Counted from the whole stretch's first letter, positions 1 through 13,144 are shown. The stretch: DNA of 63,210 bases, filler included, from Octopus bimaculoides (GCF_001194135.2; 3 parts of 3 records of this genome joined end to end with filler, not necessarily neighbours in it), one strand, 5' to 3'. Notes: generated by a model not told the origin, from the sequence alone. Program-made: numbers and translations.

Positions 1-2448
1 GCAATAATAAATCATAGATTGAAAATAGTGTCTTGCATATATAAATACATGTGTATGTATATGTATGTATGTATGTATGTATGCATGTATGTATGTATGT
101 ATGTATGTATGTATGTATGTATGTATGTATGTATGTATGTATGTTTGTGACAACATTTGAAAGTTTTGATGCATTTCAACTTAAGCAACCTGTGAATGGC
201 AAAATGGTACACACATCTGTCTTGACTATCATTCCTGTGTTCAATCTGATGTATGCATAGATACAGGCTGGTAAACATGTTGCATTGAAATTTATGCAGT
301 GTTATATTGAACCTTTTTTATTTTAATTTATTTCAATCAATGAAATCTTTTCCTAGATTTGAGATGCCAAAAGAAAAAAAGACAATATTTGCCAGTTATC
401 TTTCTTTTGCATAAAATTAGATATAGATATATTCCCTTTTTTTTTATTTTGAAGTAGGGTCTGTCTGTTCTTTCTATACCAAAGATTGCATTATATTTCT
501 TAAAACTAAAATTAACTAATTTCATGTTGTTTTTTTTTTTTTGTTTTTTTGTTGTTTTTTTTCCTTTTCTTATCTTATTAGACTTTCTTCTCTGATTAGA
601 TAAAAAAAAAAAAGATTAAAAGTTTGATTTGATAAGAAAATATTTTAGTTTATGGGAGGTGAAAAATATAACATATACTTACCAGGGTCCCTGTAAAAAT
701 CCTCACTAGTTTAAAAAGTTATTTGAGATGTCCCTTCTACTCACAAGTCATTTTCTACTGCTGTTGTCACAGCTATAAGTGGGTTAGTTAAATGAATAGA
801 GGGTGGGACAAGAGAGAGGGAGTGAAATCGAGACAGAGACAGCCAGAGTAAAAGAGAGGGAGGGGTGTGTACAGAGTAAACTTAGTTTATGGGATGTATA
901 TTCTAAAGCTTTCTGCCACCACTAATAACAACTTGCTTTTTGGTTCACATGCTGAGGAAAAGGAAACAGAAGTTCTGTATCCACCACCATCAACACACCC
1001 GTTCTTTTCTGTATGCTATATAAGTAGTGGATTTAATGACACTCTTCTTTAACAGGCAGTAATAACTGGTACATGTTCTAACTTAACCAGAACCAAATTT
1101 ATATTTTTTTTTCTACAGTAGGGAAAACACAATAAAATACTCAATAAAAGTCTATACATTATTACAAAGTTACTGTTGCTTATTTTCTTATTATGCAAAA
1201 TCCCACTGTAGTTTATAAATGCTACAAATTTATTGAGGACATGAAATGAAAATTTAACAAAAATAGATAACACTTTAAACAAATAAGGTCAGTAAATTAA
1301 TTAATTATTTAATACCTTAAAATTACTTTGCACTAAACTGATATACATACATACATACATACATTTATATACATATATATATATATGTGTATATATATAT
1401 ATATANNNNNNNNNNNNNNNNNNNNNNNNNNNNNNNNNNNNNNNNNNNNNNNNNNNNNNNNNNNNNNNNNNNNNNNNNNNNNNNNNNNNNNNNNNNNNNN
1501 NNNNNNNNNNNNNNNNNNNNNNNNNNNNNNNNNNNNNNNNNNNNNNNNNNNNNNNNNNNNNNNNNNNNNNNNNNNNNNNNNNNNNNNNNNNNNNNNNNNN
1601 NNNNNNNNNNNNNNNNNNNNNNNNNNNNNNNNNNNNNNNNNNNNNNNNNNNNNNNNNNNNNNNNNNNNNNNNNNNNNNNNNNNNNNNNNNNNNNNNNNNN
1701 NNNNNNNNNNNNNNNNNNNNNNNNNNNNNNNNNNNNNNNNNNNNNNNNNNNNNNNNNNNNNNNNNNNNNNNNNNNNNNNNNNNNNNNNNNNNNNNNNNNN
1801 NNNNNNNNNNNNNNNNNNNNNNNNNNNNNNNNNNNNNNNNNNNNNNNNNNNNNNNNNNNNNNNNNNNNNNNNNNNNNATATAGTGAGACAGAGAGAGAGA
1901 AATACACGCACATGAATTTCTTGCTGGAATTGAGTCTTCATAGAAAATGAGTTTTCATGGAAAATGATCCATCACAGAATAAAATGTTTCTTAACATATA
2001 ATTTTTACATGTGTGTGTGTGTGTCTTATCTTTTATTTTTTACTCATTTTAGTCATTATACTGTGGCTATGCTGAGGCACCACTTTGAAGGGTTTAGTCA
2101 AGCAAATCAATCCCAGTACTTTTTTTAAAAAAAAAAGTCTGGTACATAATCTATTTAATCACAAAGTTACATGGACATAGACAAACCATCAGTTCTTGTG
2201 TGGAACTGGAAACAAAGATCATTTGAATGAGATATTTTGTTTACAAAGATCAAACAACATATCAAGACATGTCAAGATTTTAAAATAGGAATGAAGTCCT
2301 GCACTGTAGGGAGAGTGAAGGAATGTTTGGATATCCATCTCTGTGGAGTAATTTCAAGAAACAATAGATTCACTCCTCTCTCATTTATTAGACAAATTTC
2401 AAAAATGATCCAGGAATCTCAATCTCTCTCTCTCACTCACACTCTTTA

Positions 2449-2483
<35 letters not shown>

Positions 2484-2529
2484 AACTGTATACATTCACA
2501 CATGCATATGGTCAGCTCCAGCTCATATC

Positions 2530-3157
2530 CAAGCATTGGGTTTGTCAGTTTCCATCCAGTCTCCTCAGTTGATGTTTGTGCTGAAAGTGACTTTGGACTC
2601 CAAGTTGGTGGTGAAAGAGTCGTGGGCAGAACTCGCACGGGATGGTCAGTGCAGGTCGAGGATGTTGAAGACGCTCCTTTCTTCTCCTGTGTTTTGCCTC
2701 CTCATTCTGTTGTCTGTTTTGCTCGAAGGAGCTGACTCCATTGTGGATAGCAGTCCTCCAGGCTGTCCTGTCCATGGCAATCTGTTTCCATGAGGATGGC
2801 ATGGATATTAGCTTGAGCCAAGGTCTGTTCGAGCTGGTCTTTAAAACGGAATTTTGGACCTTCTCTGTGTCTTGTTCCGATTGCAAGTTTTCCATAGAGC
2901 ATGATCCATGGGAGATGAGAGGGTTCCATGCACTGGATATGACCCGCCCAGCGAAGACGATGGCATAGAGTGGTGGCTTCAACATTTGGTAGTGAGGCGT
3001 GGTGAAGAACCTCGTTGTTGGTAATGTGATTTTCCCATTGTATGTTGAGGATCTGTCATAGCTTCAATTGCTGGAAGCATTCAAGGTGCTTGAAGTCACG
3101 GTGGTACAATGTCCAAGTCTCACAAGTGTAGAGTAGCGTTGACAGGACAATGGCAGA
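2530..3157 (-). mobile_element. 5'-truncated, decayed RTE-clade LINE (RT C-terminal part plus 3' end)
   Basis: Minus-strand translation AIVLSTLLYTCETWTLYHRDFKHLECFQQ..QILNIQWENHITNNEVL, then WIMLYGKLAIGTRHREGPKFRFKDQL and WKQIAMDRTAWRTAIHNG..CEFCPRLFHHQLGVQSH. These are typical RTE ORF motifs, here with stops and frameshifts. Confidence 0.85.
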
Positions 3158-4196
3158 ACAGGAAGCAAAGTCTGGACAGTAGGAATGGCGAAGGACAGTT
3201 TTGATGCTCACCTCTGTCAAGTAGTTGGGCACCAAGATATGATTGTGGATTGGTACATTGTCTAGGTACAGGTGCCACTGACATGAATGGAAAGATTTTT
3301 GACCTTCCTGAATGACCTCAAAATCTCCAGAAAGTAGCCCTTGTTGACTGTCTGGCCAAGGGGAACCCAGTGGATGTAGATAATGCTCTTTCTATTGGAA
3401 AAGGGGATCATCTTGAGCTTCCCAATAGTTTTGCTCTACCTCACCTTCTTGGCTCTGGAGAAGCCAAGATGCTTCCATTGGATACACTGTCTCTTGGTCT
3501 CTGGATCATAACATTTTATTCAGCTTTTGTCACAGGCCACTAGAGACTCAAGTACTCTTGGATTGAAAGTAATGAACTCAACTGTCCCCTGCTGTCACCA
3601 ATGTGTCTTTGCTTCTGTTTGTTACTGATCACCCTAGGAACAAACTTAAGCAAAAATTTCGCACATGTTTAGACTTTCATGAATTATTCTGTGTTATGTT
3701 GCCCCACCAACTCCAAACTGTATGATTATTGTCCCTATACACCCATGATAATCTTCATTCAGAAAATCAAGAATTTTTTTCCACCAGCTTCAATGTTCTG
3801 GTGTCCCTCTCCCTCCCACAGCTTTCATCATCTCTCATTTTTTTTCTCTACTGTCCTTAAACTCTTGTGCTGCTGAAAATTCAGCCTGCTGAATGCTCAG
3901 CCTGTACAAGTTAATTCATAAACAAGCTGGAGCATTTCATAAGTTTCTATAGCAGATTTTCTCAGTTTAATACAAAACTTAATTGCATAGTGAGCTTCCA
4001 AATTTTCTCCTTGTCCTGACTGCATTCTGCAAACTAGTCAGCTGTGACAAGCAATATTTAATAGAATGCATTCAAAGTGCTGTTACAGTTATCTCCATGT
4101 GGCTGGTGAGCTTGTGAGAGATATAATAACAAATACTAAAATTTACAATAAATTACCTCTCCTAAAAAAGCCACAAAACTTCTGGAATGCACTTCA
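3158..4196 (-). mobile_element. Decayed mariner transposon (one terminus plus most of the transposase, 3' part missing)
   Basis: Minus strand from ATG at 4025: MQSGQGENLEAHYAIKFCIKLRKSAIETYEMLQLVY. An FVPRV (WVP-equivalent) motif, a YDPETKRQ..QWKH region and WHLYLDNVPIH..RHSYCPDFASC (degenerate YSPDLAP motif) follow. A TIR-like end with TA lies at 4196-4198. Confidence 0.85.
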
Positions 4197-4280
4197 TATA
4201 TTTGTGTGTGTATGTATGTGTATGTGTGTATGTATATATAAATATGTATATGTATGTAAATATTTATACATATATATGTT

Positions 4281-4320
<40 letters not shown>

Positions 4321-4687
4321 CATATATACATATATGTGTATGTATGTGTGTATATGTGCATATATATATATTATATACATGTATGTATGTATGTATGTAT
4401 ATATATATATATATATATATGTAAATATTNNNNNNNNNNNNNNNNNNNNNNNNNNNNNNNNNNNNNNNNNNNNNNNNNNNNNNNNNNNNNNNNNNNNNNN
4501 NNNNNNNNNNNNNNNNNNNNNNNNNNNNNNNNNNNNNNNNNNNNNNNNNNNNNNNNNNNNNNNNNNNNNNNNNNNNNNNNNNNNNNNNNNNNNNNNNNNN
4601 NNNNNNNNNNNNNNNNNNNNNNNNNNNNNNNNNNNNNNNNNNNNNNNNNNNNNNNNNNNNNNNNNNNNNNNNNNNNNNNNNNNNNNN

Positions 4688-4728
<41 letters not shown>

Positions 4729-4773
4729 GTGTATGTGTATGCATGTGTGTGTGTGAGTATGCATATATATAAT

Positions 4774-4806
<33 letters not shown>

Positions 4807-5534
4807 ATGTCAGACTGGAAAATTCAATCCTTCTAGTATTTCAAAAAGTAGGAGAGTGTCCTCTTCTGAAACATTACATATTTCTTAATCAAATCATTAA
4901 GAGAGTAATTCTCTAAATTATTCTAAATCTAACAATATGGGATGAGATCTGTCTATAGTTTTGAAAGTAAAAGAAATGAAATAACTATACTGCAAAAAGA
5001 AAGAATTAAAAAAGTAAAAGGAATAAGATAAAATGAGAAAAAAACAATGGAAAAGAAAGCATAATACAAATAAAAAATGTGGAAAATGTGTAGAAAACAA
5101 ACAAGCAACCTCCTTCTCACTCTCTCTCTCTCTCTCATTCTTGTCCCCCCCTCTAGTTCCCCTCTCTCTCTCTTCAGTTCATTCACTCTTCCCACTTCCC
5201 TTTCTCTCTCTTTAATTTTCTCCCTCCCCATATCTCTCTCTCTCTCTCTCTCTCTCCAGTTCCCTCTCTCAGTCTTTTGTTCTTCTCTCTCTTCTTTTTT
5301 CCTCCCTACGATTACAGGAATCAAATAATTTATTGAACTGGAGACACAAATTTTAATCTTAACCCTTTAGCTTTTTTTGGGAGGGGGGGAGGATTTTTTT
5401 TTTTTTTTTTCAAAAAAGAACAAAGTTCCATGAAGCAGGTGTTTTCTGCTTAGAGCTTCAAATTTATCAATACCTTGTCAGTGGAATTTGATGGATGGAA
5501 ACTCTACAAAAACTTGTTTTATATATATTTAGAT

Positions 5535-5695
5535 GAGTGCAGGTGTGACTCTGTAGAAAGACGCTTTGCTTCCCAAGCACATGGTTCCAGTTTGGGGCCC
5601 ACCTGCATGGCATTTTGGGCAAGTACTTTCACCTCAGACTTACCAAATCCTTGTGAGTGGATTTGGTAGATAGAGACTATATGATGCCTGTCATA
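5535..5695 (+). mobile_element. tRNA-derived SINE, family A, degenerate
   Basis: Shares catggttcc..ggca(c/t)(c/t)ttgggcaagt..ccttgtgagtggatttggtaga with other copies in the window. Confidence 0.7.
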
Positions 5696-5699
5696 TCCA

Positions 5700-5870
5700 T
5701 ATGCTCAAAAGGACGACCTGGATGATGTTTACTGCTCAGCCAGGCAACTGTGTTTATGCTAATATGTATTTGCTTGCTAATTAACTTGTATCCTAAGCTA
5801 TTCTTGTGCAAATTAAAAATATTTTTTTTCAAATCTTCAAACAATTTGGTTTTTACATAAGCATATGAAT
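5700..5870 (-). mobile_element. Tc1-like transposase N-terminal fragment
   Basis: KTKLFEDLKKNIFNLHKNSLGYKLISKQIHISINTV resembles the Tc1 paired-like HTH start (KTKELSxDLRxKIVxLHKxGxGYKxISKxL). Confidence 0.6.
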
Positions 5871-6381
5871 TTCTGCGTGTAGAGTACAAATTCGCAAAAC
5901 CTGTCTGAAAATTCCAAAAATAAAAGAACTCTGTCGATATATCATTTGTTTACAGTTTCAGATTAAAATACATGCTATTTTCAGAATGTTGACAACTCAC
6001 GCAGTCACTCAAAATGACAGCTCCAAATCTTGTTTTCTGACTGGGTAAAAATTATTAAACTTTAAGCCTCTATAACTTTTTTTCTTTTAATTTTTCTGGA
6101 AAAAAGTGAAACATCTCCTGAGATTCAGCATGGAAGATTACATCAATGCACCAAATTTTAAAATTTTCAATAAACTTTGAAATTTCCACAGGTGCAGCCA
6201 AAAAGAAAACAATCCAGGTTTCTTTCTCCAACGTTTCACATAGTTCAACCTACTCGAGTTAATGTGTGAAAGACAAAATTGAATTTTGAAAGAAATATCT
6301 ATAAAACTAGTTGTTACACATCAAATGGCTATGGAGGTCAACCAAAGTAGTAATGAATGGGATCCATAAGTAAAAAAAAAG

Positions 6382-6394
6382 GTTGAGAACCACT
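6382..6394. mobile_element. hAT(Charlie)-like terminal remnant
   Basis: GTTGAGAACCACT is the reverse complement of a CAGTGGTTCTCAAC-type terminus. The same motif recurs at 19454-19467. Confidence 0.35.
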
Positions 6395-7367
6395 CAAAAG
6401 TGTAAGGTCATTTTAGCTGCTGCAAAATTTGTTGATAAAATCAGCTGGTGAATACATTCATTGAAAATCCATTAATGCCAAGCCACTCACAAACAGTTCC
6501 TAATTCCTTAAAAAAAAAATCATCAGTGTCAAGCTTTTCAAAAAACTACTCAGGCATTCAGCAAAACCCTTCAATTCCTTTGGAATTAAGAGAATAAAAT
6601 ATATCCAAGACCAATTTATTTGTCAGTGTGTAAGTAACACTTGCAGACACCATTCTGGTCCTTAGTGGAGTTTATTCTGTTGATATTTATTATGCCAGGC
6701 ATCAGCTGCTGCAAATCTCATATGTATGGGAGACTTGTTTACTTCAGGAATACTGTTTTTCTCCTCTGCTGGTTTAACTTTTATAAAAGAATTACTATTC
6801 ACACAGGCTAAACACTTACACCCATATATTGTCACATGCTATAAAAAGTGAAGTAAATAAAACCTTCCTAGTTACTACTGTTACAGTCAGTACTTAAGAG
6901 ACAGCCAATCAAGTCAGTTCATGTCAGCTAGTTTGTTTGTCAGTTGAGCTATCTATCATCCCTTACAAACAAGCTAGCTAGTAGCTACACTGCCTCCAGT
7001 CAGTTATCCAAAACTCAGCACAGGCCCTGGGATTAACCATTAAACACTATAACCACATGCTTAGGAAAGTGGGACACTTCAGAATCTTTTGCAGTACCAG
7101 ATTTACCATGGTACAAATGGTAAATTATGACAAGTTTTATTTTTAGAAAAATTAATAAAAAAAAATGTTAATGTGTGTGTGTGTGTGTGTGTTTTAGTCA
7201 AAGAAATCAATTCCAGTATTTATTTCTTCTTTTAAGCCTAGTATTTAGTCTATCATCACTTCTAGCAAAGTACTAAGTTACAGGGATGAAAACAAACCAA
7301 TACCAGTTTTCAAGAAGTGTAGAAGGATAAACACTGACATAAAGACACATACGCATAAATATATTAC

Positions 7368-7410
<43 letters not shown>

Positions 7411-7891
7411 NNNNNNNNNNNNNNNNNNNNNNNNNNNNNNNNNNNNNNNNNNNNNNNNNNNNNNNNNNNNNNNNNNNNNNNNNNNNNNNNNNNNNNNNNN
7501 NNNNNNNNNNNNNNNNNNNNNNNNNNNNNNNNNNNNNNNNNNNNNNNNNNNNNNNNNNNNNNNNNNNNNNNNNNNNNNNNNNNNNNNNNNNNNNNNNNNN
7601 NNNNNNNNNNNNNNNNNNNNNNNNNNNNNNNNNNNNNNNNNNNNNNNNNNNNNNNNNNNNNNNNNNNNNNNNNNNNNNNNNNNNNNNNNNNNNNNNNNNN
7701 NNNNNNNNNNNNNNNNNNNNNNNNNNNNNNNNNNNNNNNNNNNNNNNNNNNNNNNNNNNNNNNNNNNNNNNNNNNNNNNNNNNNNNNNNNNNNNNNNNNN
7801 NNNNNNNNNNNNNNNNNNNNNNNNNNNNNNNNNNNNNNNNNNNNNNNNNNNNNNNNNNNNNNNNNNNNNNNNNNNNNNNNNNNNNNNNNNN

Positions 7892-7932
<41 letters not shown>

Positions 7933-7938
<6 letters not shown>

Positions 7939-8072
7939 GGCTTCTTTCCATCTACCACATCCACTCACAAGGGTTTAGTTGGCACAGGATTATAGCAGAA
8001 GATACTTACCCAAAGTGCCACAAAATGGGACTGAACCTGAAGCCACGTGATTGAGAAGTAAACTTCTTATCA
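7933..8072 (-). mobile_element. SINE family A copy
   Basis: Reverse complement of the family A head and body (ccactcacaagg..agcagaagatacttacccaaagtgccac..gggactgaacc). Confidence 0.75.
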
Positions 8073-8547
8073 CACAACCACATATTACTTATGTATATTA
8101 TATTCCCTAAAGTAGAGAATTCCTGTAAACTGTTGGCATTAAAGAGACCAATTGGGAAAAAAATTACTTCTTAATAGAGAATTGTTGGGGAATTTATATG
8201 TAAGCAAGGTCTTTGTCAAGATGAAATTTTCTAAACTTTTTTGCAGCATCTGGCGGATTTAACACTGCCAAAACTTTTGGAAAACAGTTTTATTATTTAT
8301 TTGATCTCTTATTAAATTTAGCTTTATGTATAACAAAGAAAACGATTAATAAATATAGGTAATAATTTTTATTAAGGCGTTCAGTGAAACATGGAATGTA
8401 TTTCAAAGGTTCCCCCAAGAACAAAAAGCTTGGGAAAGGCTGGTTTAAACACATTGCACATCAACAAAGTAACAGTTCTTTAGTAATTCAGTTGACAAAG
8501 TCAAATCTGAATCAAGTGTAACTATTATTAGTTCTGACAGTTACAAA

Positions 8548-8740
8548 CTGGCAGAATGATAAGCATGTGAAACAAAATGCTTAACAGCACTTCTTCCAGC
8601 TCTTTACATTCTAGGTTCAAATCTCACCAATGTCAACCTTACTTTTTCTTACTTTGGGCTTGATAAAATAAAGTACCAGTCAAGTATGGGAATTGATGTA
8701 AGCAACTTACCCCTCTTCTCAAAAATCACTGGTTTTGAAC
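8548..8740 (+). mobile_element. tRNA-derived SINE family B copy, CpG-decayed
   Basis: ctggcagaat..ggttcaaat..gataaaataaagtaccagt; homologous to the better-preserved copy at 56275-56482. Confidence 0.7.
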
Positions 8741-9441
8741 CCTCCAACAGACTGGCATTCCATTCAGGAGAATGATGAGATATCAGTCATTTATACACCC
8801 AGAAAACCAGGTAACTGGCCATTTGAATCCCAGGGTCTGAGGAAAAAAATTTATTAGTACTGAGCTCTAAGAAGTCAATGATTAGATTTAATAAAATATA
8901 AAAGGGCAAGCCTTTCCCAGATCTTCTAAAATTTATTTAGATTTAGCAAAGAAACCATTCGAATATTCTTTGAATAAAATATCTCTTGAAGTTCAGTTTA
9001 TTTACCATTACACAGTACAGGTTCCTACTCATACACCTGTAAGTTATAAAAGTGAAGTAATGTTTCATTACAGTTGAAATCCTAATCTGAGATAGTCATC
9101 AAATAAGTTCCAGTCAGCCAATTTATCAGTTCATCCTCCATAGTTAACTATGGTTAATCACCCAATCATGACACTTTTACATGCCAACCAGTCAACTGAC
9201 AAACCAACCAGCCAGCCAGCCACCTGACTAACCAGCCAACAAATGGCCAATACTGAGGTCAACTAATAACTTGTTACCTTGGCTATTTTGTGTTATTCAG
9301 CTTCCAGAGTTTCACTTATCTGAACTAACATCATTCATACACTTACAATCCTATTTAAAATCTGAATATCCACAATTCAATTTGATAAAGTTTGTGTTTT
9401 GCTATGACTTTAATCTTCTTGTTAATATTTTCTATTTCTAA

Positions 9442-9655
9442 GGCTGTGAGCTGGCAGAATCATAAATACACTGGCCAAAATGCATAGCAGCATTTTGTTT
9501 GTCTTCCCATTCTGAGTTCAAATTTCTCTGAGGTCAACTGTGCTTTTCATCCTTTCAGGGTCGATAAAATAGGAGCCAATTGAGCAATGGCGTTCATGTA
9601 ATCGACCTACCTCATCCCCTGAAATTGCTGGCCTTGTGCTAAATTTTGAAATCAA
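9442..9655 (+). mobile_element. SINE family B copy
   Basis: gagctggcagaatc..ctgagttcaaat..gaggtcaactgtgcttttcatcctttcaggggtcgataaaat. Confidence 0.8.
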
Positions 9656-9794
9656 TATTTTCCAACTTCTCAGCAAAATAACTTTCTAATTTCATTTTTA
9701 AATTATGTAGTAGCATAAAAATATTGGTGAGAAAAAAATAGTTGGAAATTTTCTTGATTTACAAAAGTTCAATATTCCCTTCAAGATTGGCAAA

Positions 9795-9985
9795 TCTTTT
9801 AGGGTATTTGGGCAAAATGATTTGCATTATTTAGTTTTAGACTTAAACTCTCAGAGATCAAATCTGCTGAAGTTAATTTTTGATTTTCATCCTTTCAGGG
9901 TTGATAAAATAAATCAAGTATCAGACAAGTGCTAAGATCAATATAATCAATTACATTCCTTCCTCAAATTCAAGACCTTGTGTAT
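9795..9985 (+). mobile_element. SINE family B partial copy
   Basis: ttttcatcctttcaggggttgataaaat..caagaccttgtg. Confidence 0.6.
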
Positions 9986-10828
9986 TAGTTTTTACATCAA
10001 ATTTTCTGGTGAAGCTGTTTTACTCAATCAGTATTCTGGCCAACTCTAAGTATATCATGAATAAAAGCATTTGTAAACCATGTAGTTTTCATTGACAAAC
10101 CAATGATAAAAAAAGGAACTTCCTATTTCTTACAAAGTTAAACTAGAATAAAAGTTTTGCATTTTTTCTTCTAATAAAATCTCATAATAAAATATAGCTA
10201 TCTGCTGTACATATTTGTTGGTTTAATATGTATGTAAAATATACAGTTTCTTTTAGTTTAAATATATCATTTACCTATAAATTAGTATATACACTCACAC
10301 ACATATATATGACGTGAAATCTTCATGTAAATTAACATATATGTGAACAAACAATTTACATTTAAGCTAATGTGTTTGTGTTTATATATATAAGTGAAAA
10401 TATTTGCAAGCAAGTTAACATATATATATATGAAATATACCATTTACGTATAAGTTAATGTATTTGTGAATATATAATTCACATGTAAGAGTGAATATGT
10501 TTGAAATTATTTATGCGATATTTCCTACAGGACTCAATTTAATAATTACATATCATATATAATATCAATGGTAATATTCTTTATTTCCTGAATTTAATAG
10601 CATTTTCAAAGTTTTAGTTTATATATGAAGCTAACATGTATATTAGTTCGGATGGTACACAGATACAAAGAGAGCTGTAGACAGATAAACTTAGTAGAGT
10701 ATTTGTGCCTTCAGAAATTATCATAGCATGATATTTAAATACCTATACATATTTTCGTCTCACCAATAAGTCTATTCTTATAAACAACTGAAGATTTTGG
10801 AACAAAGATTCTTCTCAACAACGAACAA

Positions 10829-10976
10829 CAGGCATAACTGTGTGGTTAAGAAACTCATTTTGCAACTACATTATCTCTCGTTCAGTCTCATTGCCTGCAA
10901 CCTTGGGCAAGTGTCTTCAGTTATAACTCTGGGTCAACCAATGCTTTGTGACTGAATTTGGAGACAGAAACTGTGT
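10829..10976 (+). mobile_element. SINE family A copy running into an assembly gap
   Basis: ggcataactgtgtggttaag..gttcagtctcattgcctgcaaccttgggcaagtgtcttc. Confidence 0.7.
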
Positions 10977-11479
10977 NNNNNNNNNNNNNNNNNNNNNNNN
11001 NNNNNNNNNNNNNNNNNNNNNNNNNNNNNNNNNNNNNNNNNNNNNNNNNNNNNNNNNNNNNNNNNNNNNNNNNNNNCCCCCCCTCCCACACACATGCATA
11101 TATGTATATATGTGAGTATGTGCATGAATGTAATGATTGACATACCATGGCTTTACTTGCCAGCAACAGTGATATGATGCTTACATTTCCTGTTGACTTT
11201 ATGACTGATTGCTCTGTGATTTCAAAGACTTGTGGACTAAAAGAAATTTCCCTTGAAAAACAAATAAAGGTTGGCAACAGAAAGAGCATCCAGTCTTAAA
11301 ATCCTGCCTCAAGTAAGTCCCAACTCAACCGATGCTTGCAGAGAAAAATGGATGTTAACAAATGACCAGAGCTACCATAGCTCTCTTATATAGTCTGTAT
11401 CTAACTTCCAGTATTAATAAGTTTTTTTTCTATGAGATAATTAACAATTTTTTTCAATATTATAGAATTTTTTAAAGCA

Positions 11480-11905
11480 GCAAGTTGGAAGAATCGTTAG
11501 CACATCAGGAGAAATGTTCAGCAGCATTTCATGTCATAACATTTTGAATTCAAATTCTGCCAAGGTCGACTTTGCCTTTCATCCTTTCGAGGTCAATAAA
11601 ATAAGTATCAGTCAAGCACTGTGGTTGATGTAATCGACTTATCTCTTCACCTGAACTTGCTGGCCTTGTACCAAAATTGAAGCCAATATTATAGAATTTT
11701 CTAAGGTGGCAAGCTGGCAGAATCGTTAGCATCCCAGGCAAAATGTTCAGCAGCATTTCATCCATCTTTACATTCTGAGTTCAAATTCCACTAAGGTTGA
11801 CTTTGCTTTTCATCCTTTTGGAGTTGATAAAATAAGTACCAGTTAAGCATTGAGGTTGTTGTAATTGACACCCCACTTCCCCCAAATTTCAGGCCTTGTG
11901 TCTAT
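11480..11905 (+). mobile_element. Two head-to-tail SINE family B copies (about 11480-11685 and 11703-11905)
   Basis: Both carry gaatcgttagca..aaatgttcagcagcatttca..ttcaaattc..gactttgc(c/t)tttcatcc..aagta(t/c)cagt. Confidence 0.85.
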
Positions 11906-13144
11906 AACAGAATGAAATATTACAGGATTTTCTTCTGAAAATCAAAGATAATCAAAAATGCTGCCCACCTGCTCACTTCCCAGCCTGCTCATCCTGCAGT
12001 ATATATTTTGGAGGTTTTATAAAGGTTAAAGAATAATAAATTAAAATGATATCCAAAATTTTCTCATTTTTTTCTCACATAATTCATATGATGATTTGAC
12101 ATATCCTTCCCTTTTTGGGGGGGGCTTTTTTTACAGTACTTTTCATTTTTCTAATCTTTTATATAATTCTTTGATTTTTAGTAGGTTATGAATTGTGCCT
12201 AACTCACAGGATGTCCTACTAACCATTTCAGAACTTGGAACATTAATTCAGATGCTAGTTTTTTTCCATTTCTTCCTTCTTTCCTGTAACATTTCAATTC
12301 TCTTTCTCTCGTTCTCTCTCTCTCTCTCTCCCTCTCTCTCTCTCTCTCGCTCTCTCTACTCCACATCTTTCTCCTTCCCCTAACACTCTTTCTCACTTTC
12401 TCTACATTTTTCTCCACCCTCTATTCTCCTATCTCTCTTTCTCTCTCTACCTTTTTCTCTTTCCTTATTAGAAAATTCAGTAAAAACATCTTCACTGAAG
12501 GCTGTCATTGATTTAACATTTTGTAAAGCTACAAGTACGTGCAATCTATATATGTACGATACCTTCAGACCTTTTAGATTATTTCTTTTTATTTAACTTT
12601 TATAGCTTATGATATGAAAGAGAGCATAGGTCTACCCAACACATGCAAAGAACATTGGGGATTATAATAATGAGTGTGCTATACCATTTGAGGTGTTAAT
12701 GTTCTTTGTGGTTTGGCCTTTTCAGTAATTGTTCTTTGCAAATACAACTGTTGCACATTTAACAATGAACCAGATTTTGTTGGTTGGTTTTGGGAAAAAA
12801 GAAAAATATATATTCTTTGGTGATAACATAAAACTGAAGAATATTTAAGCAAAATGGAGCAGACACATTTGTTATTCCTAAATATCTGGCATAAAATTTG
12901 TAAGAAGTAGACCATTTAGATAATGAGCTTTTTATTTTTTTATTATTATTTTTTTGACACTTTTATGGTTTATGGATGAGAGCAGCACAGGATAAGAGTA
13001 GCTTCATGTGGCCTTCCCTTTTACAGCATGCAAATAATGGCTCTGAAATAGATCCTGTATTTAAACCATAAGACTCTTTGTAGAAAGAACTGAATGACTT
13101 GACTAGTTTCACTCTGTAATTGTTAACTCATCGAATGTGTTTAA

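Noticed and set aside
9021-9073. cag|GTTCCTACTCATACACCT|gtaagt 18-nt plus-strand micro-exon followed by a 35-nt intron
   Set aside because: The implied downstream intron is too short and there is no supporting chain. It illustrates the chance rate of such motifs.
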